64,000 nucleotides of DNA, taken from NCBI GenBank assembly GCA_965215185.1, contig OZ244034.1:1472001-1536000 (forward strand), written 5' to 3'. Below the pieces are notes generated by a model, which made no database searches, was not told the origin of the DNA, and saw nothing but the letters and a program-made list of their open reading frames with translations. This DNA is from Acidimicrobiia bacterium (GTDB taxonomy: Bacteria; Actinomycetota; Acidimicrobiia; Spongiisociales; ZC4RG35). Position numbers and translations under genes: made by a program. Positions 18,096 to 26,310 of this stretch are shown piece after piece (the stretch's first letter is position 1; each line of letters starts with the position of its first letter).

Positions 18096-18842
18096 TCAAC
18101 TCCCCCGGGCCAAGGTACCCAGATACAGTTCTATGACCTTGGGATCGGTAAGAAGGTCCTGCCCCCTGCCTGTATAGGCATTGCGACCATGATCGAGAAC
18201 ATAGCCGCGATGGCAAATCTGCAGGCATCGGTGGGCGTTTTGTTCCACCATGATCACCGCCACTCCCGAGCGGTTGATATCTCTCGCCCGGGCGAATACC
18301 TGGTCTTGGAGAACCGGCGATAAGCCCGCCGAGGGCTCGTCCAACAGCAGTACCTTCGGATTCATCATCAGCGCCCGACCCATGGCCAACATCTGCCGCT
18401 CACCGCCGGACAGGAGCCCGGCACGCTGACCGAGACGCTCCCCCAACCGCGGGAAAAGTTCCACCACCCTGTCTATTCGTTCGGTCGCCTTGTGCGGCTG
18501 CAGATACGCCCCCATCTCCAGGTTCTCCATCACCGTGAGCGCGGAAAAGACATTGTTGAGTTGCGGTACGTAGCCCACTCCCCTGGCCACCAGTTCATGG
18601 GCCCGCAGGCCGGTTATGGATTCTCCTCTGAAAAGCACCTCTCCTGAGCGCACCTCCAGCAAGCCGAACAGCGACTTCAGCAGGGTGGATTTGCCCGCCC
18701 CGTTAGGGCCGATGATCCCGATCATTTCATCGGGGTAGAGAACCAGATCAACCTTTCTGAGAATGTCCACTCCGGGCACATAACCGGCCACCAACTGGCG
18801 CAACTCCACAAGAGGCTGGTCTGATACGTTGGGTTCGCTCAT
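18096..18842 (-). CDS. livF: Branched-chain amino acid ABC ATPase
   Basis: GPNGAGKS, LSGGERQML and LLLDEPSAGL motifs. Confidence 0.9.
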   Translation of the reverse strand: MSEPNVSDQPLVELRQLVAGYVPGVDILRKVDLVLYPDEMIGIIGPNGAGKSTLLKSLFGLLEVRSGEVLFRGESITGLRAHELVARGVGYVPQLNNVFSALTVMENLEMGAYLQPHKATERIDRVVELFPRLGERLGQRAGLLSGGERQMLAMGRALMMNPKVLLLDEPSAGLSPVLQDQVFARARDINRSGVAVIMVEQNAHRCLQICHRGYVLDHGRNAYTGRGQDLLTDPKVIELYLGTLARGS

Positions 18843-19702
18843 CAGCCTTCCGCTCCGTCAGCTTCTATGGATTCTTGGCCCGAGCCCAGATAGGCATCAA
18901 TCACCGCTTGGTTCTTCCCAATGGATTCGGGGGATCCCTCTGCGATAACCCCCCCTTCCGCCATCACTACCACCCAGTCGGAGATATCCCACACCACATC
19001 CATATCATGTTCCACGAAAATCACGGAGATGCCTTCCTCGGGAAGCCTTTTGACATGTTCCAACAGCGATTGGGTGAGGGCAGGGTTCACTCCCGCCACC
19101 GGCTCGTCCAACATCACCACCGCCGGGGAGGCCATCAAGGCCCGGGCCATCTCCAAGAGTTTGCGTTGGCCACCGGAGAGGGTGCCGGAGTACTCCGTCT
19201 CCATGCGACCCAGCGAAAACCTCTGCAATAACACCCGGGCCCGCTCTTCGATGGCATCTTCTTGCGATCTCCAAAGAAACGGCAGCAGGGATTGGAGAAA
19301 CCTCTCGCCGATCTGTTCCTTGGCGCCCAGCTTCATATTCTCCATCACCGACAGCTTGGTGAGAGCCTTGGTGAGCTGAAAGGTCCGGACCATTCCCTCC
19401 CGGGCCCGTGCGTGTGATTTCAGCCGCTCCACGTCCTTACCGTTGAAAAACACCGATCCGCTGTTGGGACGGTCGAACCCCGTGAGCAGGTTGAAGAAAG
19501 TGGTTTTGCCGGCTCCGTTGGGACCGATCAGCGCAGTTATCACCCCCCGCTGGATTTCCAGATGCTCAACGTTCACCGCCACCAAACCCCCGAAGGCGCG
19601 GCGCATGTTGTCGACCACCAGAATGGGATCGGGCTTTGCCACACCCGGGACATGCGGCACTTCAGCAAGAGGATGAGAAACAATCGCGCCGTCAGCGGAC
19701 AT
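18842..19702 (-). CDS. livG: Branched-chain amino acid ABC ATPase
   Basis: FGGLVAV, GPNGAGKTT, RTFQ, LSGGQRK, LDEPVAG and AYLG motifs. Confidence 0.9.
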   Translation of the reverse strand: MSADGAIVSHPLAEVPHVPGVAKPDPILVVDNMRRAFGGLVAVNVEHLEIQRGVITALIGPNGAGKTTFFNLLTGFDRPNSGSVFFNGKDVERLKSHARAREGMVRTFQLTKALTKLSVMENMKLGAKEQIGERFLQSLLPFLWRSQEDAIEERARVLLQRFSLGRMETEYSGTLSGGQRKLLEMARALMASPAVVMLDEPVAGVNPALTQSLLEHVKRLPEEGISVIFVEHDMDVVWDISDWVVVMAEGGVIAEGSPESIGKNQAVIDAYLGSGQESIEADGAEG

Positions 19703-20702
19703 CCAGCATCATCTCCTCTCTCGACCCGAAGATTCCCTGTGGTCGGAAGATCATTAGCAGAGCCAGCCCCACCCCCACCAGCATAAAGCGTATCTGGCTT
19801 ACCTGGCTGGTGTCCATTAGAGCGGTGGGAATCAATCCCTCGTTCACCATGGCAGTCAGGGTTCCCTGGAAGAAGGTGAGCATCGCCCAAAAGATCATGG
19901 CGCCCACTACGGGTGACCAGATGCGACCCACCCCGCCCAGGATCAACACTGTCCAGAAGAAGAAAGTGTAAGCGGGGACGAAAGAGTCGGGCTGGATCGT
20001 GGCTTTACCGACAGCCTGCACCATACCCGCCAAACCTCCTATTACCCCACCCAGAATGAGGGCCTGCAATTTGTACCAATAGGCGTTCTTACCAAGCGCC
20101 CGGGCAGCGTCCTCGTCCTCCCGGATAGCCTTCACTACTCTCCCCCAGGGGCTGCGCATCAATTGCCAGATAGCAAACAGCGCCACTGCTGTGACCGTCC
20201 AGCCCAACAGAATGGCAAAGAACTGGTTACCCCCGAACTGGATGGGACCGATCCCGTATTCGGAACTGGGATCAAACGGATTCAACTCCCGGAAAGGTCC
20301 GATGAAGGCGTGCAGTCCCTCGGCGCCACGGGTGATATCAGCCAAGGTGGTCGAACGGGCCAGCAGGCGCACTATCTCGGCAGCGGCGATGGTGACAATG
20401 GCCAGATAGTCGCCTCGAAGTCGGAGGGTGGGCACACCCAGGATGAGAGCGAAAGCGGTGGCAAAACCCATCCCGACCAGCACCGCCACGAAAGGGTTCA
20501 AATGCCACAGGGTGACGGACAACCCCATCCCGTAGGCACCCATGGCCACAAAACCGACCTGTCCGAAGTTGAGCAACCCGGCGTATCCAAAGTGAACGTT
20601 GAGTCCCACCGCCGCCAGTGCGTAAACGGCTGCCTCCAGACCCACCGATGTTTCCAGCGTTTGGATGAAAATGAAACCCCAATCGATCGCAGCAAAAGTC
20701 AT
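19692..20702 (-). CDS. livM: Branched-chain amino acid ABC permease
   Basis: GLNVHFGYAGLLNFG, LRLRGDYLAIVT and AIREDEDAA motifs. Confidence 0.9.
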   Translation of the reverse strand: MTFAAIDWGFIFIQTLETSVGLEAAVYALAAVGLNVHFGYAGLLNFGQVGFVAMGAYGMGLSVTLWHLNPFVAVLVGMGFATAFALILGVPTLRLRGDYLAIVTIAAAEIVRLLARSTTLADITRGAEGLHAFIGPFRELNPFDPSSEYGIGPIQFGGNQFFAILLGWTVTAVALFAIWQLMRSPWGRVVKAIREDEDAARALGKNAYWYKLQALILGGVIGGLAGMVQAVGKATIQPDSFVPAYTFFFWTVLILGGVGRIWSPVVGAMIFWAMLTFFQGTLTAMVNEGLIPTALMDTSQVSQIRFMLVGVGLALLMIFRPQGIFGSREEMMLDVR

Positions 20703-20704
20703 AG

Positions 20705-22072
20705 CTACCCGAACCGTTCTCTCTTACCCAACAGACCTTGCGGGCGCAGAACAAGGACCACCGCCAATACCAGTAATGCGCCTATGTTCTTCAACTCCAC
20801 CGGGATAAAGAGCGTCGAGAGTTGAATGCCAATCCCCACCAAGAGACACCCCAGCAGGGCGCCGTAGGCAGTTCCCAGACCGCCCAGCACCACCCCGGCG
20901 AAGATCAAGAGCAACATTCTGAATCCGATCAGCCAACTCAACTGCTCGGCCAGCCCGATGAACACCCCTCCCAGTCCGGCCAAGCCACCCGCTCCTATCC
21001 ACACTATCCGTATAACCCGCTGAACATTGATCCCCGAGGATTCGGCTAAGTCGCGATTGTCCGCCACCGCCCGCATCGCCTTGCCCGTCCGAGTGCGCTG
21101 CAGGAACAATCCCACTGCGATCAGGATGAATACCGAAAGCACCACAGTGATCAGGTCCTTGGGCGTTATCTCGATTATCCAGATCTTCAAAGCGCTCTGG
21201 GCGGAGTAGTCCTTGAAGAACCGGAGATTCCCCCCGAAGATGAATAAAAAGACGTACCGGGCCAGGATGGAGAGGCCGATTGTCACCACCATCTGGGCAA
21301 TCAGGCTCGTTCCCCGGGCCCGCAACGGACTGAATACCCACCGGTCCATGAAATATCCACTGGTGGCGCCCACTATCACGGCCATTGCCGCCGCCAGGAT
21401 CAGGTTCATTCCCTGACCGAAGGGCGGCCACCACCCCGCCATGAACCCAAAGGCTCCGGCCAGGCCGTAGAAATTGAAGAAATAGGCGGAGAGCATTCCC
21501 CAGGTGACCATCTCGCCGTGAGCGAAGTTGACCAGTCCGGTGGTTCCAAACACCAGGGATAGCCCAATAGCGGCCATACCCAGGAATAGCCCCAATTTGA
21601 TGCCCTCGGTAGTGAGTTGCGCTACTCGTCGAAGAGAGATTGCGCTACTGTCTTCCACCACCACCGACTCTCCGCTTGTCAAAGAGAATATCGCCCTGCC
21701 GTCCCGGCCCTCCAACACCTCCACCTCGACCCTGGTCCGATCTGTCTCTCGCAACTCGATACCTGCGGGGAGGGTGCTGACATTGATGCTCACCACATAT
21801 ACCGCCGGCCCAGAGACCGGTATCTCGAATGTCCCCTCTGCGTCGGTGGTTCCCGACCCAACTTCGATCCCTTCCAGGGTGCTGACCGAGATCCCCACCC
21901 CTTCCACCGGCACGCGGTCTCCCTCCGCGTTCTCGTAGCGCAGCCGTGTCCCCACCGTCTCCGATGATTGTCCCAACGCCGGGACCGCCACGAATAACGC
22001 AATCCCCACCAGGATGAGAACGCCTATCGCCCTCCGGCGGACCGAACCTTCCGTCACTGCACCATGCCTCAC
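20705..22072 (-). CDS. livH: Branched-chain amino acid ABC permease with N-terminal extracellular domain
   Basis: GLSLVFGTTGLVNFAHGE, RAVADN and LVLRPQGLLG motifs. N-terminal signal and ~100-aa beta-rich domain. Exact start uncertain. Confidence 0.88.
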   Translation of the reverse strand: MRHGAVTEGSVRRRAIGVLILVGIALFVAVPALGQSSETVGTRLRYENAEGDRVPVEGVGISVSTLEGIEVGSGTTDAEGTFEIPVSGPAVYVVSINVSTLPAGIELRETDRTRVEVEVLEGRDGRAIFSLTSGESVVVEDSSAISLRRVAQLTTEGIKLGLFLGMAAIGLSLVFGTTGLVNFAHGEMVTWGMLSAYFFNFYGLAGAFGFMAGWWPPFGQGMNLILAAAMAVIVGATSGYFMDRWVFSPLRARGTSLIAQMVVTIGLSILARYVFLFIFGGNLRFFKDYSAQSALKIWIIEITPKDLITVVLSVFILIAVGLFLQRTRTGKAMRAVADNRDLAESSGINVQRVIRIVWIGAGGLAGLGGVFIGLAEQLSWLIGFRMLLLIFAGVVLGGLGTAYGALLGCLLVGIGIQLSTLFIPVELKNIGALLVLAVVLVLRPQGLLGKRERFG

Positions 22073-22136
22073 AGAACTAACCGGGTATTCCCTACATAAC
22101 CCTAGAGCCCACCCTTGCAGTTGTGTAGGTTTATCG

Positions 22137-23156
22137 CTATATCAAATCCTGCTGGCGAATCCCATAGGAGGGATGGCGCAACCGACACAATGCCAACTTC
22201 TCCAGCTGCCGGATTCTCTCCCGAGTCAACTGGAAGTGGCCGCCGATTTCGTCCAGACCCTTGGGTATCCCATCTTCCAGGCCGTATCGCAGTTCCATGA
22301 TCTTGCGTTCCCGATCGGGCAGTTTCTTGATGGAGTTGCGCATAGCTATCGCCACGCTGGTGGCCTCGGCAATAGCTGCCGGATCGTCGGCATCCCCGTC
22401 TTCGATGAAATCACCCCGCTGCGCGCCATCCTCCCCAACCGGCTCCTCCAAGGAGACGGTGTCCGAAAGCACCAACGCCTGCTCCACATGGTCGATACGG
22501 ATGCCCGTCTCCCGCGATATCTCCTCGGGGTTGGGCATGCGACCGAGTTTGCCCTTCAGAATCCCCTGAGCCAACCGGACTTTGGCCAAGGTGTCGTGCA
22601 GGTGAGCGGGGATGCGCACGGTGCGAGACTTGTCGGCGATAGCCCGGGTTATGGCTTGCTTTATCCACCAGGTGGCGTAGGTTGAGAACTTGAACCCCTT
22701 GCGCCAATCGAATTTTTCCACCGCCCGGATCAAGCCGAGATTTCCTTCTTGGACCAGGTCCAAGAAATCGATTCCCCTCACTCCCTGATAGCGACGGGCG
22801 TTGTGCACCACCAATCGCAAATTGGCCTGCACAAACTGGTTTTTAGCGTTTTCTCCCCTACGCTTCTGCTTTTGCAGAACTCTCTTCTCGGAAGCGGTCT
22901 CGTATTCGCCCGCCTCCAGCTTTGCTTCGGCTTGACGGCCTCCCTCCATCAACTGAGCCAACTCCACTTCCTGTTGGGCGTCCAGCAGGTCGGTCTCACT
23001 GATCGCTGACAGATACTGGGCTACCAGGTCGGAGGTAAGTCGGCCGCGCTCATCAGTTATCTGATCGGTGAGGCGCACCCGTCGTTGTCCCTTGGCCTCG
23101 GGCCGCCCTCGCTTGACAGAAGCTCGGGTAGCTACAGACGCGTTTCGGTGAATCAT
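22137..23156 (-). CDS. Sigma-70 family factor (group 1/2-like, lacks region 1.1)
   Basis: [44 protein letters not shown] and TRERIRQLE motifs. Confidence 0.92.
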   Translation of the reverse strand: MIHRNASVATRASVKRGRPEAKGQRRVRLTDQITDERGRLTSDLVAQYLSAISETDLLDAQQEVELAQLMEGGRQAEAKLEAGEYETASEKRVLQKQKRRGENAKNQFVQANLRLVVHNARRYQGVRGIDFLDLVQEGNLGLIRAVEKFDWRKGFKFSTYATWWIKQAITRAIADKSRTVRIPAHLHDTLAKVRLAQGILKGKLGRMPNPEEISRETGIRIDHVEQALVLSDTVSLEEPVGEDGAQRGDFIEDGDADDPAAIAEATSVAIAMRNSIKKLPDRERKIMELRYGLEDGIPKGLDEIGGHFQLTRERIRQLEKLALCRLRHPSYGIRQQDLI

Positions 23157-23233
23157 AAGGGTGTTTTTCTAATCAGCAAATAGATCCTTTTCCTTACTAT
23201 GTCACAAAAACCATAGATCGGGAACCCCCTTTT

Positions 23234-24214
23234 TCAAATTTGGCGAGGTTCTATGTCCAATAGAAGCATTAACTCCCACACGCGCCTTTCTATTTCGTCC
23301 CGGGCTCTTCTCATTTCCTCAATGCCCTTCCCCGCTGGCGACTCCATCTGCCAACGCATGTAGCGCTTGTTCGCCGCCACCGGATGCTGCTCCTCCCCGA
23401 TGTTCACCACCACCTCGGCCGATGCGACCATGGCCGCATTGAGTCGAACCGGTTTCGCCCCACCGATGTCTACTCCTCGCTCGGCCAGGACCGCCACCGC
23501 CCTCGGGTCCACTCTCGAGGCGAGCGCCGATCCTGCGCTGAACACTTTCACCGGCCGGCCGGACATGGCGCGGAGCAGGGCGGCGGCCATTTGGGAACAG
23601 TCGGCGTCTTGGGCGGCTATGAACAGTACCGAAGGGGCCTTGTATGACGGGGCGGAGTAGGGCTTGTGTCCCTCCTCCTCGAGAAACTGCTCAAATCGAC
23701 GTCGAGCCCTCAGCATCGCAACTCTTATCGAGCCTTCTCGCTTGAACAGCCTGCCACCAAGCTCTGCATAGGAAAGACCTTCCACCTCCCGTAGCCAAAG
23801 CAGTTCTCGATCTTTGGGACCCAGGCGGCCGTAGGCGCGGCGCACCGTCCGAAAGTCCTCTTGGTCCAAAGCGTGCTCATCGGGAAGTATGTGGGTTGTC
23901 TCCAGTTCGGGTGCGGGAAGTGGCCGGTGGCGCCTTCGCAGGTAATCGTGGAATTTGGAGCGGGCCACTCTCCAAAACCAGGCCTCGAAGGCTTGCGGTG
24001 ACCTGAGGCGGCCAATGGAACGGATAATGGACTCGCAGGTATCACTCGCCACATCTTCTGCATCCGCCAGGTTTAAACCCTGGCCCCGAAAGAAAGCCAC
24101 CAGTCGGGGTAACCCCTTGGTGAGGATGGCCGCAAGAGCGGCCTGATCGCCGTCCCGGGCGGCAGTGGCCTCGGATAGAGGGGGAGGCCAGACGGAGGAG
24201 TCCGTGGGCACCAT
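23234..24214 (-). CDS. ECF sigma factor fused to a degenerate ArsC/LMW-PTP domain
   Basis: Region 2 DAED...AFEAWFWRVARSKFHDYLRR and region 4 LGPKDRELLWLREVEGLSYAEL. From ~aa 195: SVLFIAAQDADCSQMAAALL...SAGS...VDP.AV.VL.E.GVDI...KP..L, ending RDEIERRV. Confidence 0.85.
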   Translation of the reverse strand: MVPTDSSVWPPPLSEATAARDGDQAALAAILTKGLPRLVAFFRGQGLNLADAEDVASDTCESIIRSIGRLRSPQAFEAWFWRVARSKFHDYLRRRHRPLPAPELETTHILPDEHALDQEDFRTVRRAYGRLGPKDRELLWLREVEGLSYAELGGRLFKREGSIRVAMLRARRRFEQFLEEEGHKPYSAPSYKAPSVLFIAAQDADCSQMAAALLRAMSGRPVKVFSAGSALASRVDPRAVAVLAERGVDIGGAKPVRLNAAMVASAEVVVNIGEEQHPVAANKRYMRWQMESPAGKGIEEMRRARDEIERRVWELMLLLDIEPRQI

Positions 24215-24311
24215 TCGATCTTAAGCTATTACCTTGAAACTTCAGGTTCGGGTAATGACCTCGGTATCGGGAGATCGGAAGCCGTCTTTAGGCGCCGCTT
24301 CGTCCTCAGTC

Positions 24312-25159
24312 CTACCCACCACCAGTGTCATCTTCATCATCGTCGGGCGGCAAGATGATACTCGGCTCGTCATGGTATTCGAGGATGGGCGTTGTTGCGA
24401 TTCTTGCGTTTTCAGCAGCCTCGGCAAGTTCCTCGGGATCCGCCGACAGGAGTTCCTCCACTTCGACCCTGAGAATTTGGCCGAGTTCCTCAATGGTGGG
24501 CTGCGGATCGGATACAGCGGGCTGCGAAATCGTTGTGCCCTGTTGGGGATCCTCTCCGTCATCTTTTGGTGGATCAGTGGCGGGTGGAGATCTGTGGACG
24601 ACTCGCCCCCCGGGTAGGTGCCTTGCTCGGGGGGAACAGCCCCCCTCACAGTTGTGGACGTGGTCGGAGTCCCGCCAGCCTCGGCCACGGTAGTGGGCGG
24701 TGAGGAGACGTCTTCAGTCGTTCCGCCGGTGCCCGCAGAGCCCGGCATAGCGGCGAGGGCGCTGACCACCACCTCCGCTGCCTGCAGTTCCTTTTGCTGG
24801 TCGATCAGATCCAGGGCTTCCATCAGTCTTTCCTTGGATATGGTGGGGACCCCGGCTGTGGGCCCCTCAGAAATAACCGCGTCCGGCGCGGTGCCGGACG
24901 CCACAGGAGGCTGGGGATCAGAAACCTGCGAACCGGAGTCAGAGTTCCCGACAATTAACACTAACCCCACCGCCAGCACACCGGCGGCCAACGCCAAGCT
25001 CGGCGCCAGCAGTCTTATGGCCTTGCTGTGGGAGGGGCGGGCGCTAGCCCGAGCCATGGCACGGGACACTAACTGTTCGGCCCGTGCCGAGCCTATTTCA
25101 TCCCGATAGGATTGGGCAATAGCCCTGAGAGCCTCTCCGGACCGATCCGGTGTATTCAT
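24312..25159 (-). pseudogene. Single-pass membrane protein, anti-sigma-like; frameshifted near 24590 in this sequence
   Basis: RBS GGAAGGA, ATG at 25159, short cytoplasmic helix, TM LALAAGVLAVGLVLIV and Pro/Thr-rich stalk. The natural acidic C-terminus continues in the -1 frame to TAG at 24312. Confidence 0.6.
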
Positions 25160-25186
25160 TTTCCTTCCAACCCGCTTACTCACCAA

Positions 25187-25211
25187 GACGCTGAGAAGCC
25201 CCAAGCGTTAC
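25187..25211 (-). promoter_or_regulatory. Putative ECF-type promoter
   Basis: Minus strand GTAAC-N16-CGTC, ending 27 nt upstream of ATG 25159. Confidence 0.5.
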
Positions 25212-25266
25212 GGAATCGTCGTGCAACGCGTCTACACCGGTTTTCAATCAGCTAATCTAGCCATTT

Positions 25267-26241
25267 GTGAGAGCTGTCGTTTGCACCGCCTGGGAAGGAC
25301 CGTCCGCATTGCAGACTCGGGACGTCCCCGACCCGACGCCCGGTCCCGGACAGGTCAAAATCGCTCTGGGAGGGTCGGGACTCAATTTCGCCGACATCTT
25401 GATGGTGTCGGGGCTCTATCAGGTAAGGCCTGATCCTCCTTTCATCCCCGGCTTCGAGGGAGCGGGGACCGTAACCGACGTGGGGCCGGAAGTGGACTCG
25501 GTGAAGGTGGGAGACCGGGTGATGGTCTTTGCCGGGATGGGGTGTTACGCCGAAGCAGTGATCGCCGACGCCTCCCGTACCGCCCCGTCGCCGGAGAACC
25601 TGAGCGATACCGATGCTGCGGTCTTCATGACCGCTTACGGCACCTCCTACCACGCCCTGGTTGATCGAGGGGCTTTGGCCGCCAACGAGAACGTGGTGGT
25701 ATTGGGCGCAGCGGGAGGAGTGGGGATCGCCGCCGTACAGATCGCCAAGCTACTGGGATGCCGAGTGGCGGCGGCCGTGTCCTCGGACCGAAAGGCGGAA
25801 TTCGTCTTGGAACATGGGGCAGATGTCGCCATTCGATACGACCGAGACGATCTGCGGGCCGCGATTCGCAATTTCACCGAGGGGCAGGGGGCGGATGTGG
25901 TCTACGATCCAGTGGGAGGATCCGCCACCGAAACAGCGTTTCGCTCGCTCGGCTGGAACGGGCGGTTGCTGGTGGTGGGCTTCGCCGCCGGGAAAATCCC
26001 CCGCCTTCCGCTCAACCTGCCGCTGCTCAAGTCGGCCTCGGCCGTGGGAGTGTTCTGGGGCGACTTCGTGGAACGCTTTCCCGATCACAACCGGGCCAAT
26101 CTCGCCCGGCTCCAAGAGTGGTGCGAGCAGGATCTGATCCGCCCTCATGTGGACCGCGTGTTCCCCTTCGAGGAAGCACCCGCCGCGCTTAACTACCTGG
26201 CGCAGCGCCGAGTCGTGGGACGGGCCTGTCTAGCTCCGTAA
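25267..26241 (+). CDS. NADPH:quinone oxidoreductase (zeta-crystallin/MDR family)
   Basis: GLNFAD, PFIPGFEGAG, GAAGGVG, DVVYDPVGG and GFAAGKIP motifs. Confidence 0.9.
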   Translation: MRAVVCTAWEGPSALQTRDVPDPTPGPGQVKIALGGSGLNFADILMVSGLYQVRPDPPFIPGFEGAGTVTDVGPEVDSVKVGDRVMVFAGMGCYAEAVIADASRTAPSPENLSDTDAAVFMTAYGTSYHALVDRGALAANENVVVLGAAGGVGIAAVQIAKLLGCRVAAAVSSDRKAEFVLEHGADVAIRYDRDDLRAAIRNFTEGQGADVVYDPVGGSATETAFRSLGWNGRLLVVGFAAGKIPRLPLNLPLLKSASAVGVFWGDFVERFPDHNRANLARLQEWCEQDLIRPHVDRVFPFEEAPAALNYLAQRRVVGRACLAP

Positions 26242-26310
26242 GGAGACTCTCCCCTGCTGGCTCCGTGAGGACTCGATAGTGAATAGCAATTTGATAGCAT
26301 ATTACAGTAG

